Below are positions 17,523 to 26,911 of a stretch of 32,565 bases of DNA, in pieces. The DNA comes from a bacterium (lineage in GTDB: Bacteria > RBG-13-61-14 > DATKZS01). Positions within the stretch are counted from its first letter, which is position 1, and each line of letters starts with the position of its first letter. Location of the stretch: NCBI GenBank assembly GCA_046484135.1, contig JAWOBU010000120.1, positions 1 to 32,565 of the forward strand. The letters run 5' to 3'. A model generated the notes under the pieces. The model saw only the letters and a list, made by a program, of their open reading frames with translations, had not been told where the DNA came from and searched no databases. Made by a program: the position numbers and the translations under genes.

Positions 17523-19363
17523 TGGAGCAGTCATTCGCCCTGAAGCGTGTCAAGGACGTACTGTGGATCATAGCCATCGCCGGCTTGATCGCCATGATCG
17601 GCCGGACCTTCTTCGGCCTGGGTGCCAGCACCAACCTGACCGACGGCATCCCTTGGGGGATGTGGAAAATCCTGAACATGGTGGCGGGCGTCTGCCTCGC
17701 CACCGGCGGGTTCATAGTGGCGTGCGCGGTCTACATTTTCCGGCTCGACAAGTACCGGCCCCTGGCCCGGGCCGCGGTGCTGGTGGCGTTTCTCGGATAC
17801 GGCGCGAGCTGCTTCGCACTGATGTGGGACATCGGACTGCCCCACCGGGTTTGGCATCCGCTGACCCCCACCATGTGGAACCCTCACTCGTTCCTGTTCG
17901 AGGTCGCCATGTGCGTGATGCTCTACTGGGCGGTGAGCGGGCTCGAGCTCATCCCCATTCTTACGGAAAGGCTGCCTTTCGAAAGGATCACCCACTTCCT
18001 GCACGAGATTGCACTGCCTTTCGTGGTCCTGGGCATAACCCTTTCCACCCTGCACCACTCTTCGCTGGGGTCTTTGTTCATGGTGTCTCCCACCCGGCTC
18101 CATCCCATCTGGTTCTCGACCTGGATACCAGCGGAGTTCTTCGTGTCATCAGTGGCGTCAGGCATGGCAGCCATTGTGCTCATCACCATCATCTGGAGCA
18201 AGCTCTACAACAAGAAGCTGAACCTGCCCATGCTCTCGGGCATGGCGGGCGCGTCCGCGGTTACGGTGGTGATCTACTTTATCATCCGTTCGGTTGACTT
18301 TACGCTTCACGACAAATGGTCTTACGTTTTCGTGGAACGGACCTGGGAGAGCTACCTTTTCATGGCCGAGGTCCTGATCGAGGTTTTCATACCCGTGATA
18401 ATCATCGCGGTTCCGCGCTGGCGCAGGTCAATCAAGGGCCTTACTGTGGCGACCTCTTTTGCGGTGGCAGGCGTGGTCCTCTACCGGCTCAACGTAGGCA
18501 TCATGGGCTACTTCCGGGACGCGGGCGCGGTATATATTCCGTCCTTGAGCGAGGTCTTCTTCAGCCTGGGAGTGTTCGCTGCCGCGGGCATCATCTTCCT
18601 TTTCGTGGTGGAGCGGTTTTACATCTTCGAGTCGCCGGAAGAGTGCGCGGTGCCGGAGACCGAGGGGGTGCACGCGGACAAGGCCCCTCAGTGGACCTGG
18701 GACGAGCTTCTGGCCGTGTTCACCAGCCCGGGAGCGGTGCGCATCTCTCTTATCATTATTATAACCATTCCGGTTTCCATCCTGCTTTTCAGCGACACCG
18801 CACTTAAAAACTTCCAGTTCCAGGGCCAGGAAGTCAACGCGGCCATGGGAGCGGACGAGAAGAGAGAGAAGCTCCGGCTTGACGGGAACCGGAACGACAT
18901 CGCGGTCATGTTCCCGCACGAGCTGCACAAGACCGCGGCATATCCGGACCTTGACAACTCCTGCCGCGGATGCCATCACCTGGACCTCCCTCAAGACAAC
19001 GCATCATCGTGTTACCACTGCCACCAGGACATGTGGCTGCAAACCGACATCTTCGACCACGAGTACCATAAAAAACTCATGGGCGGCAACGACTCCTGCA
19101 ATGAATGCCACCAGCCGGACAGACCCAAAACCCGGGAGAACTCGCCCTCCTGCTACTCGTGCCATAAAGAAGACATGAACGGCATGGAAAAGTACAAGGA
19201 CAAGAAACAAGTAAGGATGGCCCCCGGCTACTACCAGGTCATGCACGGAAAGTGCCTCACCTGCCACCGAATGATCGGTAATGATCCGGAGTTCAAAAAA
19301 GACCCCCAGGGGCACGGGAACTGCCTGTTCTGCCATACCGGCACCGAGTTCTACAGAGAATAG
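17522..19363 (+). CDS. NrfD/HybB/HmcC-type quinone-interacting membrane subunit fused to a C-terminal hexaheme cytochrome c
   Basis: GLGA.TNL.D..PWG.W, DIG.P.R, S.LFEVA.C, LSTLHHSSLG motifs; one extra TM helix followed by 6 CxxCH; start overlaps the upstream stop (TAATG). Confidence 0.9.
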   Translation: MEQSFALKRVKDVLWIIAIAGLIAMIGRTFFGLGASTNLTDGIPWGMWKILNMVAGVCLATGGFIVACAVYIFRLDKYRPLARAAVLVAFLGYGASCFALMWDIGLPHRVWHPLTPTMWNPHSFLFEVAMCVMLYWAVSGLELIPILTERLPFERITHFLHEIALPFVVLGITLSTLHHSSLGSLFMVSPTRLHPIWFSTWIPAEFFVSSVASGMAAIVLITIIWSKLYNKKLNLPMLSGMAGASAVTVVIYFIIRSVDFTLHDKWSYVFVERTWESYLFMAEVLIEVFIPVIIIAVPRWRRSIKGLTVATSFAVAGVVLYRLNVGIMGYFRDAGAVYIPSLSEVFFSLGVFAAAGIIFLFVVERFYIFESPEECAVPETEGVHADKAPQWTWDELLAVFTSPGAVRISLIIIITIPVSILLFSDTALKNFQFQGQEVNAAMGADEKREKLRLDGNRNDIAVMFPHELHKTAAYPDLDNSCRGCHHLDLPQDNASSCYHCHQDMWLQTDIFDHEYHKKLMGGNDSCNECHQPDRPKTRENSPSCYSCHKEDMNGMEKYKDKKQVRMAPGYYQVMHGKCLTCHRMIGNDPEFKKDPQGHGNCLFCHTGTEFYRE

Positions 19364-19396
19364 GGGGAGGAAACGCTTGAGCCGGCTCTGAGTATC

Positions 19397-21370
19397 ATGC
19401 AAAACCTCTGGCCTATACTTCCCGGCTATCTCTTGTTCATCCTGCTCTGCGCCATGGCGGTCTGGAGCGCATGGCGACTGGCCCGTAAGTTCTTTGCCGA
19501 AGACTCTCTGCCTGCCCGGGTTCTCTTTACCCTTTTCATTTATCTCGCACTGGTACACCTTCTGATCGTGGTGCTGGGTGCTTTCGGTGTGCTGAACCGG
19601 CTTTTCTACAGCCTGGGCATAGTGCTTATAACCTCCGTATGTTTTTTTCTTACGCGGAAGGACAAGGCGCCGATAAAACCATGGGAGGGCGACCTGACCT
19701 GGTTCGAGGGCATCTCCCTGTTCCTGGTTGCGGGCTACTTCATCTGGTTCGGTTTTAAAGGGATACTCTTTCCGCCCACCGGGGTTGACGATCTCGAGTA
19801 TCATCTGCCTTTTATGGCCAAGTCCTTGCAGACAGGGGGACTGCTCCCGTTTCTCACTCCCTACACCGGCCCCATCTACTACCCGCAGACCATTGAAGCC
19901 GGCTACCTGTGGCTGGTGCTGCCAATCCACGACGACTTCCTGTTGAACCTCGGAAACCTCCCTTTTCACCTTCTGCTCGCGCTCTCCGCCAGACAGATGC
20001 TTCGCGAGTGGGGGGTCAAAAGAAACTACGCCGCCCTGGCCATGCCGTTTCTGCTTTATTCCGCCATAGTGTCCAAGCAGGCCTGGGTGGCCCACGTGGA
20101 CGTGCCCCTGGCCGCGCTCTTTCTTTTCGCCTGTCTCATGCTGCTAAGATACGAAAAAGAGAGCCGGAAGCCGGAGCTGGTCCTGTTCGGCCTGGCCGCG
20201 GGTTTGCTCATGGGGACCAAGTACTCCGCTCTCGGCTACTGCGGCCTGTTGATTGCCGGCGGGTTCGGTCTGGAGCTCCTTCTCCGGCGGGGAATGAGGT
20301 CAGCCGTATATCTTGTGCTGGCTTCCGTTGCACTCATGCTCGCGGCCGGAGGCTACTGGTACTTGAGGAACCTGGTTATCACCGGAACTCCCCTTTACCC
20401 CGCAGGTATCTCCCTGTTCGGCATCGAACTCTTTCCGGAAGGCAGCTTCTTTTTTAAAAAGGACCTTTCCCAGACCACCTTGATCTCGACCTTTGCCCAC
20501 CGGCCCTGGGCGGTGGAGAGGCTTGCGGACGGCCTTGTCACCGGCGTCATGTTCTGGACGGTCATAGCTCTGCCGGTGGCTTTGCTGGCCCCCTTTGAAA
20601 AACGCATCCGGACCCTGCCGGGACGGCCGCCCGTTCCGAAAAGCGTGTATGTCATGACCGCGCTCACCTGGCTTACTTTGATACTGTACCTTAACACCCC
20701 TTACGCCGGGGCCTGGTCCCCCACCTCCGGCCTGGCCGTTATCTACCGGGGAATCAGGCACGGCATATCATGCTGGTCCCTGGCGCTGGTATGCGCACTG
20801 TACTGGTTCAACCGGCGCTGGCCGTGGCCCGACGGCATAACCGTAAAATGGCCTCTCAAGGCCCGCTCCCGGAAAGCAGCGACAGCGGTCGCGCTCATCA
20901 TTGCCGCTCTCGTGCCCGCACTTTACCCGAACCGCTTCAACCACTACTTTGAAAGGATAGACCCGCGCATGGACCACTGGGCGCCCGCCTGGGAGTGGAT
21001 AGACCGGAAAGCGCCGGCGGGCTCGCGCATTGCCTTTACCAAGATGTACCTTCCCTACTACGACTTCGGCAGAAGGTTTGATAAAACCCCCAGGTGGGTG
21101 AGCAGGAACCGCGTGAACGGCCGGGCATACCACGAGTTCGAGGGGCACGGGCTCGACACCATCTTCGACGAGCCGCGCTACGAGGCCTGGATAAAAAACC
21201 TGGAGCGAAACGGTATTGACTACGTACACTGGGGCAAGAGGAAAGACCCGGACAAGGTAAAGCCCGCCACTATCGAGCTTGAATGGATGCGCGAGCACCC
21301 GGAAGCTTTCCGGCCGGTGGTTGACACCACCTACTGCAAGGTCTTCGAGTTCAAAAAAGCGGGAGATTGA
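19397..21370 (+). CDS. GT-C fold membrane glycosyltransferase (ArnT/PMT-like)
   Basis: Polytopic; DDLEYH acidic loop, YP, VD..LA, GTKY, WYLRN...TG.P.YP motifs; soluble C-terminal domain. Confidence 0.7.
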   Translation: MQNLWPILPGYLLFILLCAMAVWSAWRLARKFFAEDSLPARVLFTLFIYLALVHLLIVVLGAFGVLNRLFYSLGIVLITSVCFFLTRKDKAPIKPWEGDLTWFEGISLFLVAGYFIWFGFKGILFPPTGVDDLEYHLPFMAKSLQTGGLLPFLTPYTGPIYYPQTIEAGYLWLVLPIHDDFLLNLGNLPFHLLLALSARQMLREWGVKRNYAALAMPFLLYSAIVSKQAWVAHVDVPLAALFLFACLMLLRYEKESRKPELVLFGLAAGLLMGTKYSALGYCGLLIAGGFGLELLLRRGMRSAVYLVLASVALMLAAGGYWYLRNLVITGTPLYPAGISLFGIELFPEGSFFFKKDLSQTTLISTFAHRPWAVERLADGLVTGVMFWTVIALPVALLAPFEKRIRTLPGRPPVPKSVYVMTALTWLTLILYLNTPYAGAWSPTSGLAVIYRGIRHGISCWSLALVCALYWFNRRWPWPDGITVKWPLKARSRKAATAVALIIAALVPALYPNRFNHYFERIDPRMDHWAPAWEWIDRKAPAGSRIAFTKMYLPYYDFGRRFDKTPRWVSRNRVNGRAYHEFEGHGLDTIFDEPRYEAWIKNLERNGIDYVHWGKRKDPDKVKPATIELEWMREHPEAFRPVVDTTYCKVFEFKKAGD

Positions 21371-21396
21371 ACCGCGGCCGGCTCCGGCATGGATGA

Positions 21397-21425
21397 ATGA
21401 AAATCTCCTCTGCTCCGGTTATAAT
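21397..21425 (+). promoter_or_regulatory. Putative sigma70 promoter
   Basis: ATGAAA, 17-nt spacer, TATAAT (21420-21425), 23 nt upstream of the next start codon. Confidence 0.45.
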
Positions 21426-21448
21426 GTAGTCACGGGAGGAAGAGGTAT

Positions 21449-23389
21449 ATGAGTTATAAAGCCCGGATTGCGTTTACTCTGGCGGTAATGATAGCCGTGG
21501 TTTCGCTGATGGGGTCTCTTTGCCAGCGGAGCGTGGTCAGGGACGGCCGCCGCATGCCCGCGGAACAGGCCAAGCGCATGGACCTGAAACAAGGCGACCA
21601 GGCCTTTTCCGAAGGTAACTACGCCCGGGCGCTCCAGGCCTATCAGCGGTTTCATTCCGACTTTCCCCGCGACAAGGAGGCCCCCTACGTGCTTCTCCGG
21701 ATCGGAAGATGCTACTTCCACCAGGACGATTGCGAAGCCGCCCGCATGTACTTCAAAGAGGTGCTGAAGAAGTTTCCCGAGAGCGCCGAGGCGACGGAGG
21801 CGGCGTGGGGAATGGCGAGGTGCGCCTACAAGGAAGGCGACTACGACTCCGCCCTTTCTTACCTGGAAAAGTACCGCCCGCGGGCCAAGGGCAGAAGGTG
21901 GGACGACATGACCATGCTCCTGGCCCGGTGCGCAGAGGACCGGGACGACAAGCTGGAAGCGGTCCGCCTGTACGCCCGCGAGATCAAGAGAGGCGAGTCC
22001 GAGGACATGCGCCGGGAGGCCCGCCAGAACGCGGAGGACTTGATTAAGAAGATGGACGACGCTTCCCGGCAGAAGCTGGTGGAGGAGTACCCCTCCATCT
22101 TTCCGGGAGACTTCGCCCTCCTTCAACTGGTCCGGTCCTCTTTTGAGAACCAGGACTACGAGGAGGCCTCGGAGCTGCTGGTCAAGTTCGAGACCCAGTA
22201 TCCGGACAGCCCCTACTACCACGAGCTTGTCGAACTCAAGGAGACCGTAAAACGCAGGGTCCACGTCAAGCCCCATCGCATCGGGCTCTTACTGCCCCTC
22301 TCCGGCAAGCTCTCCCGGCTCGGCGAGAAGGCGCTGCAAGGGGCAATAATGGCCGCCCACGTGTTCGACGCCGGCGGAATCAAGTGGAACCCGGAGCTTG
22401 TCATAAAAGACACCGGCCGGGACGGCAACAGCGTGGAAGCGCTGGTGGACGAGCTTGTTAAAGAGGATGAAGTGGTGGCCATTGCAGGCCCTCTTTTAAA
22501 GAGCAGGGCCTTTCGGGCGGCCCGGGTGGCGCAAGAGCTTTCGGTGCCTTATATATCTTTAAGCTCGGGCGAAGACATGGTCGGGGTGGGAGAGTGGGTC
22601 TACCAGAATCATCTTACCAAGACCGAAGAGGTGAAGGTTCTGCTCGAACACTCGGTGGAAAACCTGGAGATAAAAAAGTTCGGGGTCCTCTACCCCGACA
22701 TAGACTTCGGCAGGGAGTACCTGTCCATCTTTTCCAAGGAAGCGCAAAAGCGGGACGCCGAGATCGTAGACTCCACGGGGTACAATCTCAAGACCACCGA
22801 CTTCAAAAAGGAAATCCGGTCCCTGCGTAAGCAGGGCATCAAGGGGCTCTTCATCCCCGATTACCACGAAAGGGTCGCCATGATCGCTCCCCAGGTCAGG
22901 TATTACTTACTGAGCGGTGTGACCCTTATGGGAATGAGCAGTTGGCACCGGCAGGAGCTGCTCCAAAAGACCCAGCCCGAAGACGTGGAGAACGCCCTGT
23001 TCACCGACGTTATGGCCCCCGAGGAGGAAAGGCCGCTTTTCAAACAGTTCCAAAAGAACTTCCGGGACCAGTACGACCACGAGCCGGCCATGATGGAAAT
23101 AAGGGCCTTCGAGGCAGTGGACGTACTTATGCACCTGATTGAAAACTACCGCGTCCGCGACCGCATCCAGTTGAAGAAGGCCCTGGACAACGTGAAAGAC
23201 CTGCCCGGGGTTACCGGGACCATCACGGTGGACAGAAACGGCAAGTGGAGAAAGCCGGTGTATCTTTTCACCGTAATGGACGGCGAGTTCATCGTGATAT
23301 GGCAAACCGTGGTACAGCCGGAGCCCGAGGTAAAAGAAACCACCGCGGCAGCCAAGCCCCCGGAGGCCGAAGCCCCGGACCGGCCTTGA
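21449..23389 (+). CDS. LpoA/LppC-family penicillin-binding protein activator (TPR + type I periplasmic-binding domain), probable lipoprotein
   Basis: Signal peptide ending in Cys; BamD-like TPRs; IGLLLPLSG, IAGPL, LFIPD and GVTG.I motifs. Confidence 0.8.
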   Translation: MSYKARIAFTLAVMIAVVSLMGSLCQRSVVRDGRRMPAEQAKRMDLKQGDQAFSEGNYARALQAYQRFHSDFPRDKEAPYVLLRIGRCYFHQDDCEAARMYFKEVLKKFPESAEATEAAWGMARCAYKEGDYDSALSYLEKYRPRAKGRRWDDMTMLLARCAEDRDDKLEAVRLYAREIKRGESEDMRREARQNAEDLIKKMDDASRQKLVEEYPSIFPGDFALLQLVRSSFENQDYEEASELLVKFETQYPDSPYYHELVELKETVKRRVHVKPHRIGLLLPLSGKLSRLGEKALQGAIMAAHVFDAGGIKWNPELVIKDTGRDGNSVEALVDELVKEDEVVAIAGPLLKSRAFRAARVAQELSVPYISLSSGEDMVGVGEWVYQNHLTKTEEVKVLLEHSVENLEIKKFGVLYPDIDFGREYLSIFSKEAQKRDAEIVDSTGYNLKTTDFKKEIRSLRKQGIKGLFIPDYHERVAMIAPQVRYYLLSGVTLMGMSSWHRQELLQKTQPEDVENALFTDVMAPEEERPLFKQFQKNFRDQYDHEPAMMEIRAFEAVDVLMHLIENYRVRDRIQLKKALDNVKDLPGVTGTITVDRNGKWRKPVYLFTVMDGEFIVIWQTVVQPEPEVKETTAAAKPPEAEAPDRP

Positions 23390-23414
23390 CATGCCATAGG
23401 CGGAAAACTATACT
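23386..23414 (+). promoter_or_regulatory. Near-consensus sigma70 promoter of tRNA-Arg
   Basis: TTGACA (23386-23391), 17-nt spacer, TATACT (23409-23414). Confidence 0.75.
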
Positions 23415-23446
23415 AACTTCCTGTCAAGCGTAAAGAGAAACATATT

Positions 23447-23469
23447 GTGCGAGCGACTTTCAGTCGCGA
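23447..23469 (+). repeat. REP-like palindrome (GTGCGA family)
   Basis: GTGCGA-GCGAC-TTTCA-GTCGC-GA, in the tRNA leader. Confidence 0.8.
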
Positions 23470-23482
23470 GGTAAAAATAAAA

Positions 23483-23558
23483 GGGCGATTAGCTCAGTGG
23501 ATAGAGCACTAGCCTCCGGAGCTAGGGGTCGCTGGTTCGAATCCAGTATCGCCCTCCA
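23483..23558 (+). tRNA. tRNA-Arg(CCG)
   Basis: Acceptor stem GGGCGAT/ATCGCCC, D arm GCTC/GAGC, anticodon arm CTAGC-CT-CCG-GA-GCTAG, T loop GGTTCGAATCC, encoded CCA. Confidence 0.97.
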
Positions 23559-23803
23559 TGATATGTCGCAGTTTCAGGGGGCAGGGCAGCCTTTCCTTAT
23601 AATTCTCCGATTCCCCTCTCGCTGACAAGTCAAAGCGGCAAGTAATCCTGCCGGTGGACAAAGCAAAAGCCAGACCTCAGCAATCCCCGACGACAGCGGA
23701 AAGTCTTTAAATTTTTGGCTCCTGATGAAAATCTGTGGATGAAGTAGACTTCTCAGTAACCAATTATCTTGACAACATGAGCTTTCAACAAGTCGGGGGA
23801 CCA

Positions 23804-23845
23804 GTCCCCAGCCCCCCAGGGATTGTCCCCAGCCCCCCAGGGATT
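23804..23845. repeat. Perfect 21-bp tandem duplication
   Basis: GTCCCCAGCCCCCCAGGGATT twice. Confidence 0.9.
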
Positions 23846-24376
23846 TTGGAGGCATGACTCCGGTGGCCCATTAGGATTGACATTGTTACTTATGATTATA
23901 AAGGCTGTTTTGCGTTTTCCGCATTCTCGGCTGCCGGCGGGGAGAGGCCGGGCCAGTTCCGGTCTTTTCCCTGTCCCCGCCTGTCTGCCCTGTCTGCGTG
24001 CCTGTCTGAGTGGGGAACGCACAGGCAGGCTGGAAGCCCTGAAAGCGATAAACGCATCTTTTTCTGTCCACCCACACTAAAATACGTAGAACCTTTAATG
24101 CTATGGGCCACCGGAGTAATGCCTGACAAAATCCAAGGATGCAGGGAGGCAACAGCTTATATCCCACCCACAGATTCTTGCGAGCGCCCTAATTTTTATT
24201 TCGCGACAAGCGCCGGCCACGGGTCGAGTTCCCGGGCCGGTCATCGGGAATTGGAATTTCCGTCAAAATATCGTAATATTGTATCATTTCTTGATCTTTG
24301 GAAGGGTGGGGTCTCGGCTTACCGCCCCCAAGACGGAGCTGAGGCAGAACCGGCTTATTGGCAGGGAGAGAATAAA

Positions 24377-26191
24377 TTGAGAATCAGCAGGGGGACGATC
24401 CTTACACTCGCGATTTCCGTCTTTTTCATTCCGCTGACAGCTTTAGCTGGAGAAGGGGATGGAGGTCATCAGGTAATACTCAACATCGGGATATGCGTGG
24501 TGGCCGCCAGTGGTTTGGGTCTGCTTATGAAGTTCCTGCGCCAGCCCCTGATCCTCGGCCACATCCTGGCCGGTGTTATTATTGGTCCCATCGGTTTGAG
24601 CCTGATCGAGGACCACTCTGAAATCATTACCATCGCAGAGATCGGCCTTATCCTTCTCCTTTTCATGATCGGTCTCGAGATTGATCTGAAAAAGATGCTG
24701 GCCTCCGGCAAACAAGTCATTGTTACAGGTCTCCTTCAGTTCCCCCTCTGCCTGGGGCTCGGTTATCTTCTGCTTTCCGGCATGGAAAAGTTCGGGCTTG
24801 CCCTCGAACCCGGCTCTTTCTCCAGGATTTACGTGGCAGCGGCCATCTCGATCAGCAGCACCATGATAGTCGTCAAGCTCCTCTACGAGAAGTTCGAACT
24901 CGACACCCTGGCGGGACGCATCACCCTGGGCATCCTGATTTTCCAGGACATCTGGGCCATCATAGTCCTGGCGGTCCAGCCCAGTCTCTCCGACCCCAAC
25001 CTGGTCGGACTGCTCCGGACCTTCGGCTCCGGCGTAATGCTGGTCCTGGGAGCGCTCCTCTTGAGCAAGTTCCTCCTGCCCAGCATTTTCAAGACCGCGG
25101 CCAAACTTCCCGAACTCATGCTTGTTATCTCGCTGGGATGGTGCTTTCTGGTGAGCCTGGTCGCAGCACATCCCATGGTGGGCCTGTCAATGGAAATGGG
25201 GGCCTTGATAGCAGGGGTCTCCCTGGCCACCTTCCCCTACAACCTGGATGTCAACGCCAAGGTTTTGAGCTTGAGAGACTTCTTCATCACTTTGTTCTTT
25301 GTGGCCCTGGGCATGCAGATACCGGTCCCCACCTGGGACATTATTGCCGTGGCCCTCGCCGTTGTATTGATCGCGCTTTTCGTCCGGGTCGTAGGCATCT
25401 TCGGACTGCTCTCCATAATGAAAAGCGGCCACCGCATATCCCTCCTTCCCGCCTTGAACCTGAGCCAAATAAGCGAGTTCTCTCTGGTCATCGTATCGCT
25501 GGGGATAACCTACGAACACGTGACGTCGACAACCCTCTCGCAATTGATCTGGGTGTTCTCCATACTGGCAATATCTTCCACCTACACGATAATTTACAAC
25601 CATGAACTGCAGAACTTCCTGGCCCGGATGTTGAGAAAAATCGGGTGGAAAGACTTCTCTCCCCTAGTAGAAGAAAGGGTGGAATCAGCGGAACACTCCA
25701 TCGTCATCCTCGGTTTCTTCCGCATCGCCAGCGCCTTCCTGGATGACGTGGCCGGAAACCGGCCCGAGCTTCTCGAAAAGATAAAGGTGGTAGATTTCAA
25801 TCCCCAGGTTAAAAAGCGGCTGGACGCCATGGGCGTGACCTGCATCTACGGCGACATCAGCCACCTGGACACGCTCCACCATTCGGAGATCAGCGAGGCG
25901 GAGATCGTCTTGAGCACTGTTCCCGACCCTATTTTGAAAGGGACCTCCAATCAAAAAATAATCAGCCTTATCCGACAACACTGCCCCAAAGCCAAAGTGT
26001 TTCTCACCGCGGAGATGCCGAGCCATACCCTGGCGCTCTACGAAGCCGGAGCAGACTTCGTGATCCAGCCTTCCAAGTGCGCCGGTACTGCAACCTACTA
26101 CGCAGTGGACTCGGCCCTCCGGGGGGACCTCGAGGCCTTGAGGGAACAGGAAATCTCCAAGACCGCCAAGCGCAATGAAGTCCTCTCATAA
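24377..26191 (+). CDS. CPA2 (Kef-like) cation:proton antiporter with C-terminal TrkA-N/RCK domain
   Basis: LRQP.ILG, LLF.IGLE, SST.IV.K, ILIFQD, QISEFS, IYGD motifs; TTG 24377 after GGGAGAG preferred over 24098. Confidence 0.88.
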   Translation: MRISRGTILTLAISVFFIPLTALAGEGDGGHQVILNIGICVVAASGLGLLMKFLRQPLILGHILAGVIIGPIGLSLIEDHSEIITIAEIGLILLLFMIGLEIDLKKMLASGKQVIVTGLLQFPLCLGLGYLLLSGMEKFGLALEPGSFSRIYVAAAISISSTMIVVKLLYEKFELDTLAGRITLGILIFQDIWAIIVLAVQPSLSDPNLVGLLRTFGSGVMLVLGALLLSKFLLPSIFKTAAKLPELMLVISLGWCFLVSLVAAHPMVGLSMEMGALIAGVSLATFPYNLDVNAKVLSLRDFFITLFFVALGMQIPVPTWDIIAVALAVVLIALFVRVVGIFGLLSIMKSGHRISLLPALNLSQISEFSLVIVSLGITYEHVTSTTLSQLIWVFSILAISSTYTIIYNHELQNFLARMLRKIGWKDFSPLVEERVESAEHSIVILGFFRIASAFLDDVAGNRPELLEKIKVVDFNPQVKKRLDAMGVTCIYGDISHLDTLHHSEISEAEIVLSTVPDPILKGTSNQKIISLIRQHCPKAKVFLTAEMPSHTLALYEAGADFVIQPSKCAGTATYYAVDSALRGDLEALREQEISKTAKRNEVLS

Positions 26192-26207
26192 TTCGGCAAA
26201 TCTTTTA

Positions 26208-26348
26208 CAGCAGAGCCTCTTGCAAAAGTCTGATTATCGAGATGGCAAGGAAGGCTTTGGATGGTGGGAGCGAGCTCCAGCTCGCGATCATCGAGACCTG
26301 GAGGTCTCTCCCACCTTTTCTTCGCTCTTTTTGCAAAAGGATCAGCAG
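26208..26348. repeat. REPIN-like element: inverted REP doublet inside 20-bp imperfect inverted repeats
   Basis: REP 26263-26288 (+) and REP 26290-26315 (-); outer IR 26208-26227 / 26329-26348 (16/20 match). Confidence 0.8.
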
Positions 26349-26350
26349 AC

Positions 26351-26391
26351 AAAAAAACCCCGACCCTCTCCTTCCGAGCGGGCCGGAGTTT
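26351..26391 (-). terminator. Intrinsic terminator of the cold-shock gene
   Basis: Minus strand ACTCCGGCCC...GGGTCGGGGT hairpin followed by a T run, about 30 nt after the stop. Confidence 0.7.
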
Positions 26392-26422
26392 CTCGCTTCA
26401 GATGCGGTTTGGATGGCAGAGA

Positions 26423-26623
26423 CTATCTCTTATTGACCTTGGTGGCTTGCAGTCCTTTGGGAGTATCAATGTACTCGAACTCTACTACCTGCCCGTCGTT
26501 CAAAGACTTGTAACCTTCTCCCTCGATGGCGGAGAAATGAACGAAGATGTCCTCGCCCGTCTCCTGCTCGATGAAACCAAATCCCTTCGAGTCGTTGAAC
26601 CATTTTACGTGTCCTTGCGTCAT
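26423..26623 (-). CDS. cspA: Cold-shock protein (CspA family)
   Basis: [14 protein letters not shown] and DIFVHFSAI (RNP1/RNP2); AAGGAG RBS. Confidence 0.95.
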   Translation of the reverse strand: MTQGHVKWFNDSKGFGFIEQETGEDIFVHFSAIEGEGYKSLNDGQVVEFEYIDTPKGLQATKVNKR

Positions 26624-26911
26624 CTCTAAACTCCTTTCCGGAACCCGTCCTTACTTCCGATCCGTTCTTCCTCTCCTTTAATCAAATTCTAATCTCCCAT
26701 CCGCCCGGGTAGTGGCCTGATTAAAAATAATTATGAGCCTGCCACCCGCCTTTTATTAGCTTCTTATCCATAGAATAGCCGTTTCATTACATTTGTCAAG
26801 GCAATAATTAAAATTTTTTAATAAAAGTTCTTTCCGGAAGGTATAAAGGAATGACCGCAAGGGGGCAAAAAACATCAGTTGCAGATATATGAGTGAATTT
26901 GTTGAAAAATG

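Noticed and set aside
16623..19363. Hydrogenase-2 (hybAB) or a complete Hmc complex
   Set aside because: No hydrogenase subunits or hmcDEF in the window, so only family-level calls are given.
24300..24376. Riboswitch upstream of the antiporter
   Set aside because: GC-rich hairpin potential only; I could not match fluoride, c-di-AMP or Na+ riboswitch consensus by eye. An Infernal scan is needed.
23483..26348. Genomic island or prophage integrated at tRNA-Arg
   Set aside because: No integrase or phage genes, and I found no duplicated tRNA 3' end by eye; the downstream antiporter looks native.
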